This document shows, piece after piece, positions 49,285-59,151 of a stretch of DNA of 64,000 nucleotides; the first letter of the stretch is position 1; every line of letters begins with the position of its first letter. The DNA is from Candidatus Binatia bacterium (GTDB taxonomy: Bacteria; Desulfobacterota; Binatia; HRBIN30). The translations under genes were made by a program, and so were the position numbers. Location of the stretch: the NCBI GenBank assembly GCA_038245295.1, contig JBBRSP010000028.1:18732-82731 (forward strand), written 5' to 3'. The notes under the pieces were generated by a model, which saw nothing but the letters and a program-made list of their open reading frames with translations, searched no databases and was not told the DNA's origin.

Positions 49285-51047
49285 GGCAAAGGGCCTCCCG
49301 CTTTCAGTGCGTCCCTCAATCGGGCAAGGCCTGTAGATAGTTCGGCACCGACACGCCGATCAGCAGAAAAGCCTTTAAAATAAAAGACAAAGTGGTCGAG
49401 GGCGATCGCGGGGTTGGCTTTTCTGAGACGGAAGAACTGCTCTTTGGCTTCATCATCTCGCCGCAGACACATGAGCGCGACGACCCGGCACATGCCATCA
49501 AGTTCCGATGGCGGATTGGCCAAGACGTCGGCGGCGCGGGCGTAGTTGCCGCGGCACAATTCGGAATAGCCGACAAAGACGCGCGCCCATACGGCGCCCC
49601 ACTCGTCATTTGGGAATTCGTTTTCGAACCGCCGGATCAGGGCAATGCCCTCGTCGACCCGTCCGGCTTGCGCGTAGCCGACACCCGCGACGCCCATCGC
49701 GAACGGCATGGTCAAGAAAATGTCCGGCCGGCGCTGGATCGACCTTTCATAAAGTTGAACGCTGCGCTCCGGATATCCTGTGGCCCAATAGGCCGCAATC
49801 ACCGGCCAGAGTGCCTCGGCATTGTCGAAACCGAGCCTCACGGTCTCGTCGGCCTCGCGAATGGCTTCCGCGCGTTCAATCTCGACATCGCTGGACCAGC
49901 CGGCGGCGACGCGGAATGCGAGGATGTGCGCAAGCCAGCTATGGGCAATCGCGTAGTTCGGATCGAACTCAAGCGCTTTGCGCGCATCCAGCATGCCTTG
50001 TTGCAGCGTCTCCGGCCGCCAGTCCCAGCCGACCGAACTTGCGCGCCGCGTCAGTTCCCAGGCCTGCAGACTGTCTGGATGCTCCCGCAACGCGCGTACA
50101 CCTTCGACCCGGGAGATTACGCCGCCGACCGCGACCACAACACCTTTGGCGATCTCGTCCTGGATGGCGAAAATGTCTTCTGCGGAGCGGTCAAACTTCT
50201 GCGACCATTTCTGCTGATTGTCGTGGATGTCGATGAGTTCGACGGACACCCGCAGCTTCTCGCCCGCGCGCCGCACGCTACCCGTCACGGCATACCGGCA
50301 GGACAAATCCTTTGCGATTTGAACCGCATTGTCTTGCTGCTCAAGTGTCCGGCGAAGGGAAGTGCGCGGTGTGACGCTCAATCCTTTCACCGACGTCAGC
50401 AACGTGGTGACGTCGTCCGTCAGTCCCTCGGCGGTCACCATTTCGACATCGTCATTGGCCCGCGCGCGGAATGGCAAGACCACGATCCGCGAGCCGTTGG
50501 TCTTACGCTGAGGCGCAACCGGCATTGACTTGCCCAGAGCCGGAGTCGACGCCGCAGAGCTCAGCGCAAACGCCTCGATCGTTTCGGCCATTTTGTCGAG
50601 CTTGAGCAGGCCCTGCGATTGAAGGCGTTCCACCACGGGCCCGCGAATAGACTGGCGAACGGCACCGGACACCAGCGCGCCGCCTGGGTCACTGCGCGCC
50701 ATTAGCCGCGCCGCGACGTTGACGCCGTGGCCGAGCAGGTCGCCGTTGGGTTGCACGATGACATCGCCGAGGTGGACGCCGACGCGGACTTTTGGTTCGC
50801 AGGTTTCGGCGAGTTCGATGGCCGCTTCGACGGCGGCGAGGCTTGAGCCGAACTCAAGCATGAAGCCGTCGCCGGCGGTGTTGAACACCCGGCCGCCGTG
50901 TTTCGCGGCGATGGCTTCGATCACCTTGCGCAGCGCCGCGACCTCCGCCGTCGTGCGCGCCTCGTCAGCCTCAGTCCGTGCCGAATAACCGGCAACATCG
51001 AGTGCGACAATGGTGGCAAGTTTTCGAGGCTGGGTATCGTCGGGCAT
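49281..51047 (-). CDS. Class III adenylate/guanylate cyclase with TolB-N-like and TPR domains
   Basis: IVALDVAGYS, NTAGDGF, RVGVHLGDV, GDLLGHGVNVAARL; IVVLPF...GSVRRAG..LRVSVELID...DIFAIQDEIA; TPR-like C-terminus. Confidence 0.92.
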   Translation of the reverse strand: MPDDTQPRKLATIVALDVAGYSARTEADEARTTAEVAALRKVIEAIAAKHGGRVFNTAGDGFMLEFGSSLAAVEAAIELAETCEPKVRVGVHLGDVIVQPNGDLLGHGVNVAARLMARSDPGGALVSGAVRQSIRGPVVERLQSQGLLKLDKMAETIEAFALSSAASTPALGKSMPVAPQRKTNGSRIVVLPFRARANDDVEMVTAEGLTDDVTTLLTSVKGLSVTPRTSLRRTLEQQDNAVQIAKDLSCRYAVTGSVRRAGEKLRVSVELIDIHDNQQKWSQKFDRSAEDIFAIQDEIAKGVVVAVGGVISRVEGVRALREHPDSLQAWELTRRASSVGWDWRPETLQQGMLDARKALEFDPNYAIAHSWLAHILAFRVAAGWSSDVEIERAEAIREADETVRLGFDNAEALWPVIAAYWATGYPERSVQLYERSIQRRPDIFLTMPFAMGVAGVGYAQAGRVDEGIALIRRFENEFPNDEWGAVWARVFVGYSELCRGNYARAADVLANPPSELDGMCRVVALMCLRRDDEAKEQFFRLRKANPAIALDHFVFYFKGFSADRRVGAELSTGLARLRDALKAGGPLP

Positions 51048-51329
51048 AGTGGCTTTCGGCTAGGAGTGCGCGTTCAAGATCATAGTAGGCAAGGACACGC
51101 GTTAATGCCAAGCCGCCCTTCAACCGGACCGGAGAGGCTTGCTGACAGAAATTGCCAATGACCGCCATCGGCGAAATTTAGCCGCTCGCGATGCAACACG
51201 TCGAGGTCCGAAGTTGGCCCATTCTGGCCGTTCCAAATCACACGCCGCGAATTCACGCTCATGCACTATCACGCTGGTTTATCCGTAACATTCGGTGCGC
51301 CGACAAGACCGGTTTGTCCTAGCACTTCT

Positions 51330-52259
51330 TCACCGTGCTCCTTGTTCAGTGTCGCGAGGCGCACCGCTTCGATGCGCCGACTCCGTTTGCTTGCCAATAT
51401 CTAAGGCGGCGTGGGTCACGCTGGGACGTCGAGACTTCGCGCGCGACGCGACGAAATCACGACATAGTGGATCAGGACAGGCTTCGGGATGATCGCCGCC
51501 AATTTCTCCAACAGTTCGGTCGGCTCGGAGCAGATCGCTCGCGTGCCATCGCGCCAGGTCCGGCGTAGGCGCACCAGCACCTTCCCATCCGCCGTCGGCC
51601 TCTCTCATGAAGACTCCCTGCGCCACCAGCGTGTGGAAGTGAACATTTGTATTCAGCGCCGAGCCGAAACGCTGAATCGCGGTGACGGCCCTGCCGACGC
51701 CGTTCGAGACACCACGCCTGGTGGCTCGTCGCCGCTCGAAGCTGGGAATCGCACGAATGAACGCGGCCAGCACGGCACGACACAATCGATGATCCCAGGC
51801 CAGCGCGTAACGCAGCCGGTACGGCAGCGTCAGCACCCACTGCCGCACCGGCAAGCCACCGAGCACACGATCGACAAGATGCGCCGCCAGTTCGGCCATG
51901 CGCCCGTCCGCCGGAAGCCTATGGAGTGCGAGCCGCCCGCAACACGGCGGGCAGAATCCGCGCCCTTTGCAGGAGAAGGCCACGAGCAGCTCGTGTTCAC
52001 AGCCCTCACAACGGAAGCGCGCCAAGCTGTGCGCCCGAACCCCGCAGGTCAGGAACTCGCGCAGCTCACGCTCGACGAAGGGCGGCAGTCCATCATCGCC
52101 ACCGCGCAAGCGCGCCTCGCTCAGGAACGTTTCGAGGTGCTCCCGCACGACTTGATGCAGGAGAGTGTCCTCAGGGCGGCGGCGGACGGACGTGCTTCGC
52201 GCGCGCCCACAACCCTCGGCACGTCGACGCGCCCAAACCGAGGCTGAGTCCGAAGCCAT
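51330..52259 (-). pseudogene. IS91-family (HUH) transposase remnant
   Basis: AFSCKGRGFCPPC Zn domain, RQWVLTLP, QRFGSALNTNVHFH HUH motif; a C-terminal segment (DGKVLVRLRRTWRDGT...ELLEKLAAIIP) follows in another frame and the central part appears deleted. Confidence 0.85.
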
Positions 52260-52406
52260 CCCCGCCAGCGCGTACGCAGGTCCTGTGCCAGGAGTGGTGA
52301 ACTTGCGGCTTCAGCCAGCGATAGATCGTATGACCGACCGCCTCGTTCTCACTGTGAGGTAGCGAATGTTCTCCAACTGAGTACAGTTAGCGCCGCTGCT
52401 TCGCGG

Positions 52407-53870
52407 TCAATCCGAACTGCGCTCTCCTCCCAACGCCGCCACCAGCCGCGCGCGTAATCCTCCGAAGCTGCCGTTGGACATGAGAACGACCACGTCGCCG
52501 CGGCGCACGTTGCGGCGCAGCGCTTCGACGATCACCTCGATCTCCGGGTAGGCGCGCGCCTCGCCGCCGCGCTCGTTTAGATCACGCGCCAGTTGTTCGG
52601 GCGAAAAAAGCTGCGCCTCGTCCACCGCGTCGGTTGGCTTGTGGAATACGCCGCCGATGATCACCCGGTCGGCCTGGCCGAAGGCCTCGATGTACTCCTG
52701 CTGGAACACCTTGCGCCGGCTGGTGTTGGAGCGCGGCTCGAAGAGCGCCCACAAGCGACGGTTGGGGTAACGCAAACGCAGCGCCGCCAGTGTTCCAGCC
52801 ACGGCGGTCGGATGATGCGCAAAATCGTCGATCAGGGTTACGCCGTTGAACTCGCCCACCAGCTCCTGGCGCCGGGCAACGCCGCGGAACGATTCAAGTC
52901 CGGGGAGAATCTCATCGTTGGCCAGGCCAAGGGCCCGCGCCATCACGAAGACACCCAGACCATTGCGCGCGTTGATCGCGCCGGGGGAGCGCATGCGGAT
53001 GGTACACTGCACCTTTCCACCGTGGCGCACATCGAAGGTCGTGTGGCCGTCATCACGCAGATTCTCGGCGCGCCATTGCGCCCCTTCGCCGACGCCGAAG
53101 GTTACGGCATCGCGACGCGTCGAGGTCACATCCAGGGCGGCAGAAAAGTCAGATGACACCACGAGCGGCGCATCCGGCGGCAGAATGGCCACCAGCTTGC
53201 GGAACGCTTCCTTCACATGATCGAGGTCGCGGTAGATATCGGCGTGGTCGAACTCGACGGCATTGAGCAGCACCGCACGTGGGCGGTAGTGCAGAAACTT
53301 CGGGCCTTTGTCGAAAAACGCCGTGTCGTATTCGTCGCCTTCGAGAACGAAGTGTTCGCCGCTCCCGAGCTTGTAGTTGCCGCCGAAGTCGAGCGCGTCG
53401 CCGCCAACCATCAGACTAGGATCGCGGCCGGCCTTCTCGAGCACCCAGGCGAGCATCGAGGTCGAGGTCGTCTTGCCATGGGTTCCCGCCACGACCACGC
53501 TGATACGGTCGCGGATGAACAGCTCCCCCAGAGCTTGCGGCAACGACACGTAGGGGATCGTGCTAGCCAGCAGCGCTTCGACCTCGGGGTTACCCCGCGA
53601 GACCTTGTTGCCTACCACCACGAGATCAGGCGGCGGGCTGAGATTTTCGGCGACGAAGCCCTGACGAATGGAGATGCCGAGTCGCTCCAACAGCGTACTC
53701 ATCGGCGGGTAGACGTTTTCATCCGAACCGGAGACTTCATAGCCGCGCTGCTTCAGCATGCCCGCCAAGGCCGACATGGCGACACCGCAGATGGCGATGA
53801 GATGGATCTTCGTTGCCGTTCCCAGTCGCACCGCTTCGGGAACAATGTTGTTCTCTAGTACTGCCTCCAC
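52407..53870 (-). CDS. mpl: Murein peptide ligase (UDP-MurNAc:L-Ala-gamma-D-Glu-mDAP ligase)
   Basis: IHLIAICGVAM, AGTHGKTT, EGDEYDTAFFDKGPKF, EFDHADIY, DDFAHHPTA, FEPRSNTSR, MSNGSFGG; GTG start after GAGGAG. Confidence 0.9.
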   Translation of the reverse strand: MEAVLENNIVPEAVRLGTATKIHLIAICGVAMSALAGMLKQRGYEVSGSDENVYPPMSTLLERLGISIRQGFVAENLSPPPDLVVVGNKVSRGNPEVEALLASTIPYVSLPQALGELFIRDRISVVVAGTHGKTTSTSMLAWVLEKAGRDPSLMVGGDALDFGGNYKLGSGEHFVLEGDEYDTAFFDKGPKFLHYRPRAVLLNAVEFDHADIYRDLDHVKEAFRKLVAILPPDAPLVVSSDFSAALDVTSTRRDAVTFGVGEGAQWRAENLRDDGHTTFDVRHGGKVQCTIRMRSPGAINARNGLGVFVMARALGLANDEILPGLESFRGVARRQELVGEFNGVTLIDDFAHHPTAVAGTLAALRLRYPNRRLWALFEPRSNTSRRKVFQQEYIEAFGQADRVIIGGVFHKPTDAVDEAQLFSPEQLARDLNERGGEARAYPEIEVIVEALRRNVRRGDVVVLMSNGSFGGLRARLVAALGGERSSD

Positions 53871-53918
53871 ACCCCTCTCCTCCTCCGCTTGTCGATGCAT
53901 CCGCCGCGGGACACGCCG

Positions 53919-55046
53919 TCATCGCAACGCGGCGATGATCAGATCGTGAATCACCGGGCGGAACTGTTTGATCTGCTCGTTGGTTCGATCCGGATGAACT
54001 CGGTTGGTGAGCAGAATCACATGACGGTCGTGCTCCAGGTCGATCCACAACGAGCAACCGGTGAACCCAAGGTGTCCGACGGAGCTCGACGAAAAATGGG
54101 CTCCGGCACTCGAGTTGGACGGCGACGGCGAATCCCACCCAAGGCACCACGTAGAATCGGGAACGTGGCCATCGCGGGTCCAGAACTCTCGCATCACGCG
54201 CTGCGGGATCATCTGGCCGACGTTGCGATAACAATCCTTCAAGCGACCGACGATGGTGTCGATGTCCTTGGCATTGGAAAACAGTCCGGCATGCCCGGCC
54301 ACACCGCCCATCGCGTAGGCGTTATCGTCGTCGACCTCGCCACACAGGATACGCTGGCGCCAGGCGCACTGCTCCGTCGGGGCGATCATATCGGTGACCG
54401 GTTCCAGACGTTTGGCGCGCATCATCGCCAGGTCGACAAACGCCGTCGACCGCAAGCTGAGCGGTTTGAAGATACGCTGCTGGCAATAGCGATCCAGCCC
54501 CATACCGGTGATTTGCTCGATGACGGCGCCGAGTAACATGAAGTTGAGGTCGCTGTAGATGGCCTTCGTCCCGGGCTCCGCCTCGCAGCGCTCGCGCTGC
54601 AGCAACTGGTACACGTAGGCGCGCGCCGCCGGGCTGCCGAGAAAGTTGATGCGCCCCTCGTGACGTTCGATCTGTTGGATCTCTTTGTAGTACGGACGCC
54701 ACGCCGGCAGGCCGGAACAATGCGATAGCAATTGGCGGAAGGTGATGTGTATTTTCCCGTGCACCCCGAAGTTATGGAAGAAGCGCGTCACCCGGTCGTC
54801 GAGGCGCACCTTGCCTTCCTTCATCAACAGCATCATGGCGATCGTCGTCGCCAGCGGCTTGGTGAGCGAAGCGACGTCAAAGATCGTGTCCTCGCGCATG
54901 GGCGTCGTGGTCGGCAGCAGGCTGCGATGGCCGAAGGCGCGGTGATAGAAGACGTGGGTGCCCTCGCGCACGAGAAGGACCGCGCCCGGAAACACACGGC
55001 GCTCGACGGCGTCGTGGAACGCTTGCTCGACGTCGGCGAAATTCAT
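53919..55046 (-). CDS. Serine hydrolase, beta-lactamase/AmpC-like family
   Basis: FDVASLTK (SxxK), LLSHCSGL, YSD, GVAGHAGLF, GHLGFTG, LTNRVHP. Confidence 0.92.
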   Translation of the reverse strand: MNFADVEQAFHDAVERRVFPGAVLLVREGTHVFYHRAFGHRSLLPTTTPMREDTIFDVASLTKPLATTIAMMLLMKEGKVRLDDRVTRFFHNFGVHGKIHITFRQLLSHCSGLPAWRPYYKEIQQIERHEGRINFLGSPAARAYVYQLLQRERCEAEPGTKAIYSDLNFMLLGAVIEQITGMGLDRYCQQRIFKPLSLRSTAFVDLAMMRAKRLEPVTDMIAPTEQCAWRQRILCGEVDDDNAYAMGGVAGHAGLFSNAKDIDTIVGRLKDCYRNVGQMIPQRVMREFWTRDGHVPDSTWCLGWDSPSPSNSSAGAHFSSSSVGHLGFTGCSLWIDLEHDRHVILLTNRVHPDRTNEQIKQFRPVIHDLIIAALR

Positions 55047-55954
55047 GGAGCGGCGTGCACTTCCACCGGACTCTCCAGGACCGTGATGCCGCTCTCGTCG
55101 ACACGTGCCTGAACCCCGAGTGGCAGCGTATAGAGCCCAGCACCGTGTCCGCTAGAAAGACCGTAGAGTACCGGGTACGGCGCTCCGATGAACTCCGCGG
55201 TAACGACATCACGAACGCTGATGCGTTCGCCATCCCCGGCCGTACAACCGTCCATCTCACCGAAGACGACCGCAGCAACTCGATCGAGCACTCCTGCCTG
55301 GCGCAATTGAACGAGCATGCGATCGATGCGGAATGGCTTCTCGTTGGTATCTTCCAAGAACAAGACGCAGTCGTCGAGAGTGGGGAAATACGGCGTTCCC
55401 AACATGGCGGTCAGAATCGCCAGGCAGCCGCCCATCAGCGGACCTTCGGCGACGCCCGGTTGGATGACAACGGGGGCCGGGATCAAGCGTGCCACCTCTT
55501 CGCCTTGCAGGAGCTGCAGCAGGTGATCGAGCCGGTCGTCGCGCACACCGATTCCCGCCACCAGCGGGCCGTGGAACGTCACGAAGTCGCCGGCCGTGCA
55601 AAAGTGATTGAGGAGAAATGTGATGTCGCTGTGACCGACGAAGATCTTGGGCTCGAGCGCGATGGCATCGAGATCGAAGTGCGGCAAAAGCCGCCCGGAG
55701 CCGTAGCCGCCGCGTGTCGTGAAGATGGCTTTGACGGCGGGGTCGACGAACATATCGTGCAAATCAGCGAGACGATCGGCGTCGGACCCGGCCAAATACC
55801 CGGAACGTGACAGAGCCGCGCGGGCGACGTGGACTTGAAAACCGGCCTTCTCCAACGCAGCGACACCGGCGGCAGCTCGTTCTTCGTCAACGGCCGCACC
55901 GGGTGACACAACGCCAATCAGATCACCGCGCTGCAAGGCGCCGGGTTTGCGCAT
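55043..55954 (-). CDS. ldcA: LD-carboxypeptidase (peptidase S66)
   Basis: RGGYGS, FVGHSDIT (Ser), LFLEDTNE (Glu), SGHG (His). Confidence 0.92.
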   Translation of the reverse strand: MRKPGALQRGDLIGVVSPGAAVDEERAAAGVAALEKAGFQVHVARAALSRSGYLAGSDADRLADLHDMFVDPAVKAIFTTRGGYGSGRLLPHFDLDAIALEPKIFVGHSDITFLLNHFCTAGDFVTFHGPLVAGIGVRDDRLDHLLQLLQGEEVARLIPAPVVIQPGVAEGPLMGGCLAILTAMLGTPYFPTLDDCVLFLEDTNEKPFRIDRMLVQLRQAGVLDRVAAVVFGEMDGCTAGDGERISVRDVVTAEFIGAPYPVLYGLSSGHGAGLYTLPLGVQARVDESGITVLESPVEVHAAP

Positions 55955-56027
55955 ACCCTTGAGGACTCCTCCGCAGCAGGGCTTACCGCATGGCGCCGCT
56001 GTTTGCGAGGACGCCGGGATCGACGGG

Positions 56028-56384
56028 TCAACGTTCGGCGCGCAGTTGGCGCACCACCTGCGACGCCACCGCCGCCGCGGGCCAGCCTGCGTAGTGGGCG
56101 ACATGCAACACGAGCTCATCGATCTCGACGTCGGAAAGCTGCCCGCTGCGCATCGCCGCTCCGAGGTGCAAGCGCAGGGTTGCTTCGTTGCCGAACATCA
56201 TCAGAACCGTAAGCGTGATCAGACGGCGATCGCGCACCGCCAGGCCGGGGCGGGTCCACAAGTCGGCGAACAGATGCTCCACCGTCGCATCGAGAAAGGC
56301 GTCGCCCTGCACGGGTGGCACAGCGAACCCCATCACCTCTTCAAAGGCGGCCCGGCCGCGTGCGCGTTTATCGTCTTCGGCCAT
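56028..56384 (-). CDS. Carboxymuconolactone decarboxylase family protein
   Basis: LFADLWTRPGL..RDRRLITL, HVAHYAGWP. Confidence 0.88.
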   Translation of the reverse strand: MAEDDKRARGRAAFEEVMGFAVPPVQGDAFLDATVEHLFADLWTRPGLAVRDRRLITLTVLMMFGNEATLRLHLGAAMRSGQLSDVEIDELVLHVAHYAGWPAAAVASQVVRQLRAER

Positions 56385-56397
56385 CGGATCTCTCCTC

Positions 56398-57282
56398 TCA
56401 CCGCCGCTGTGGATCGTCGACGCCATACACCCGCGCCATGATCTGCGACACCAAGGCCGTGCCCGGCAGAGCGATGCCGTGCTGACGTGCCAATGCCAAT
56501 GCCGCTGCCAAATCCTTCTCAGCGATCTCCAGAAAACTACGCATGCGAGCTTGAAACTGTTCCGTACCGCGCACGTCCGCCGGCAACTTGTGTGACCCAA
56601 GAAAGGTGGACATCGCTTCGGTCAGGTGGCCACCGCTGCGCGTCACCGACTCGAACACATCATCCGAAATGCCGGCGGCGCGAGCGAGCGTGCGTCCTTC
56701 GAAGGCGGCAGTCCACGCGAGGTAGCCCATCAGGTTGTTGCACAGCTTGACGATCGTGCCGGATCCGAGCGCCCCCGTGTGAATCACCACCTTGGAGAAT
56801 GGTTCGAGTGCCGGGCGAGCACGCTCGACATCCGCAAGCGTGCCGCCGACCATCGTCGTCAGGGTCCCGGAAGCCGCGTGGCGTTCTCCACCGGTAATAC
56901 ACGCGTCCACCAGCCCCAGACCGTGCGAGCTCGCCGCCGCTCCCAGCTCGAGAACCGTCTCGAGCTGCACCGTCCCGTGCAGCGCAATGACACTTCCGGC
57001 GCGGGCCGACGCAAACACACCGCCGTCGCCATAAAGGACAGCGCGCACATCGGATTCGTCGCGCACACATACGCCAATCGAGTCACACTGCGACGCCAGC
57101 TCCGCGAGCGAGGTCGCAGCGGAAGCGCCGGCATCGACCAGGCCAGCGACGCGCTCCGGAACCAGGTCCAGCACCTGCGTCGGCAAGCCCGACATCGCCA
57201 AGCAGCGGGCCATCGGCGTGCCGATGTTTCCCAACCCGATGAAACCGGCGCGAAAACCGGCTGGCGGAGCTTCCGACGTCAT
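56398..57282 (-). CDS. NAD(P)-dependent beta-hydroxyacid dehydrogenase family protein
   Basis: GFIGLGNIGTPMA, DACITGG, GTLTTMVGG, KLCNN, KDL. Confidence 0.9.
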   Translation of the reverse strand: MTSEAPPAGFRAGFIGLGNIGTPMARCLAMSGLPTQVLDLVPERVAGLVDAGASAATSLAELASQCDSIGVCVRDESDVRAVLYGDGGVFASARAGSVIALHGTVQLETVLELGAAASSHGLGLVDACITGGERHAASGTLTTMVGGTLADVERARPALEPFSKVVIHTGALGSGTIVKLCNNLMGYLAWTAAFEGRTLARAAGISDDVFESVTRSGGHLTEAMSTFLGSHKLPADVRGTEQFQARMRSFLEIAEKDLAAALALARQHGIALPGTALVSQIMARVYGVDDPQRR

Positions 57283-57605
57283 TCTTCGAGAGCCGCCATG
57301 GCCAGGGCGCCATGGGCCCACGAGCCTCCGGCACGGATTGCCATCGCGACGAAAACGGTCTCGGCAATCTCGCCGTCGGTGGCACCCGCCTTCTTGGCCG
57401 CTTTGACATGCGCGTCGATGCAGTAGGGACACTGCGTGATATGCGCGCCACCGAGGGCAATCAGCTGCTTCGTCTTGGCGTCGAGCTCGCCGGGAGCGAA
57501 AGCCTTGGCGTCGAAGTCGACGAACGACTTGAACAGGTCCGGCTTCAGCTCACGCAGCTTGCGCAGCTTCTTGATCTCGTCGCGGTGGTAAAAACATTCA
57601 GCCAT
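57279..57605 (-). CDS. AhpD-like/CMD family protein with CxxC
   Basis: LDAKTKQLIA...TQCPYCIDAH; GGAGG RBS; ATGA overlap with the downstream gene. Confidence 0.9.
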   Translation of the reverse strand: MAECFYHRDEIKKLRKLRELKPDLFKSFVDFDAKAFAPGELDAKTKQLIALGGAHITQCPYCIDAHVKAAKKAGATDGEIAETVFVAMAIRAGGSWAHGALAMAALEE

Positions 57606-57620
57606 GGGAAAGCCTCCTCC

Positions 57621-57767
57621 ATTTGGTGATTTGGTCATTTGGTCATTTGGCCATTTTGCCATTTGGTTGATTGGCATTTCGCCGCTGGATCAGGCCTCGG
57701 TCAATTCGTTTGCCCTTGAAAATCGCCAAATGGCCAGATCGCCAAGTGGCCAAATCGCAAAATGGGC
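57621..57767. repeat. Octamer tandem repeats (ATTTGGYC-like) in two inverted blocks
   Basis: atttggtg atttggtc atttggtc atttggcc attttgcc atttggtt ... aaatcgcc aaatggcc agatcgcc aagtggcc aaatcgca aaatgggc. Confidence 0.85.
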
Positions 57768-59060
57768 TCAGTCTCCCGAATGCGTCAGCTCGTGCAGGGA
57801 GAAGCGATCCTCGTCGAACTTGGTCTCGATGAACTGCGATGAGTAGCGGCCGGCGATGCCCGAGCGATTGGTCTTGTCGTTGACGCCGACGACCATGTTC
57901 GGGGTCACGGTCTTGAACGTACCGTCGTCATTGGCCGACCAGTGGAAGGCACACATGGCATTGTAGAAATACTCGCCGGCGCGGTTGTGTACGAGCTTCC
58001 ACCAGATGCGGTACATGTCTTTGTCCATGTACATGATGACCTTGCCGAAGTTGTAGAATGGATCCTCCGACTCGCCGTGTAGGATCCAGACCGGACGCGG
58101 AATCATGACCAGATTCTCGACGATGAGCCATGGCGCCCCCTTCGCCCCGGGCGTCTCATAGGCGGCGCGGAAGTAGGGAATCTCGACCTCGGCGTGGGTT
58201 GGGCCGGTCCACTTCTGCTTGAGCGGTTCGGCCGACACGACCGGCGCCAGGATCGTCCCTTCGCCGACTACTTTCCATTTGTAGTACTCGACCTTGCCGG
58301 CGTAGCAGTTCACGTCATCGGCATAGACATCGAGCCCGGCGGCGGGATCGGAGCGCGTCGCTGCGTTGACGCGACGCACGCGGCGTGTCGCCGGAACGTA
58401 GAACCACGCCTGATCCTGGCCTTCCCAGTCGTTCGGCCGCTTGGTGAGACCGGCAACGCCATCGACGTCTTGTGGTTCGATCAGGCCGAGAATCGCCGCA
58501 GAGCGTAGGTTCTCCGGATTCGGGATCGGCCCCGAGTTGCGACCGAGATAGTTTTGGCCGGCAAGCCACATCTTAATGCGTTTGAACTCACCGTTGGTGT
58601 CGACGCCGTTCATGGTGAACGTCGCGCCACCACCGCCACCCGTCGAGTTGGCCGCTTCGAAGTTCCAGGCCATTTTGCAGGCCGCGTGTGGATCGTTCTT
58701 GACGTCGATCTTGGGGAACGGAAAGCCGTAGTAGAACTCCGGCATCTTGCCGGTGGCGAGATCCTTCAGTCCGCAGGTCTTCTCATCGACATCGTACTTG
58801 CCCTGGTTCGCCTCGCTGGCTTGCCAGAACTTCTGCGAGTAGTTCTGCTTGAGCTTGTCGGGATCAACTTCTTTGACGCGGTAGTGATAGTCGCCACTCT
58901 TTACACGGTTGAGGATCGGCTCCGGCAACAGCCCTTCGCCCTGTTGCCAGTTGTTCTGCGACAGCTCCCACTCTTTCAGCTCGGCCGCCGACACCATTCC
59001 GGCCGCAAGGACCAAACACGCCGCAACGGCTGCACCGGCGCGCAGGAATCGCACAAACAT
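57768..59060 (-). CDS. DUF1329-domain secreted protein
   Basis: Signal peptide, YGFPFP, WFYVPATRRVRR, RPVWIL. Confidence 0.8.
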   Translation of the reverse strand: MFVRFLRAGAAVAACLVLAAGMVSAAELKEWELSQNNWQQGEGLLPEPILNRVKSGDYHYRVKEVDPDKLKQNYSQKFWQASEANQGKYDVDEKTCGLKDLATGKMPEFYYGFPFPKIDVKNDPHAACKMAWNFEAANSTGGGGGATFTMNGVDTNGEFKRIKMWLAGQNYLGRNSGPIPNPENLRSAAILGLIEPQDVDGVAGLTKRPNDWEGQDQAWFYVPATRRVRRVNAATRSDPAAGLDVYADDVNCYAGKVEYYKWKVVGEGTILAPVVSAEPLKQKWTGPTHAEVEIPYFRAAYETPGAKGAPWLIVENLVMIPRPVWILHGESEDPFYNFGKVIMYMDKDMYRIWWKLVHNRAGEYFYNAMCAFHWSANDDGTFKTVTPNMVVGVNDKTNRSGIAGRYSSQFIETKFDEDRFSLHELTHSGD

Positions 59061-59151
59061 ATTCACCCTCCCAAGCGCTGGTTGTGCGGCGATTTTTTCG
59101 ACGAAGTCAACGGGATCGCGCCTCACCGGGCGATTCGAGGTCGCTAAACGA

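Noticed and set aside
48697..51047. Intact Pycsar/CBASS/Thoeris system, or DGR template/variable repeat pair
   Set aside because: The TIR part is only ~21 aa with no cNMP-binding effector; no reverse transcriptase; the duplicated region is an N-terminal catalytic domain
52375..52389. aactgagtacagtt palindrome as an operator or IS end
   Set aside because: Single short occurrence with no supporting second site
53919..55046. Antibiotic-resistance beta-lactamase (also the MBL-fold gene at 42059-42943)
   Set aside because: No signal peptides; the position between ldcA and mpl points to peptidoglycan recycling, and the MBL-fold protein shows only generic hydrolase motifs
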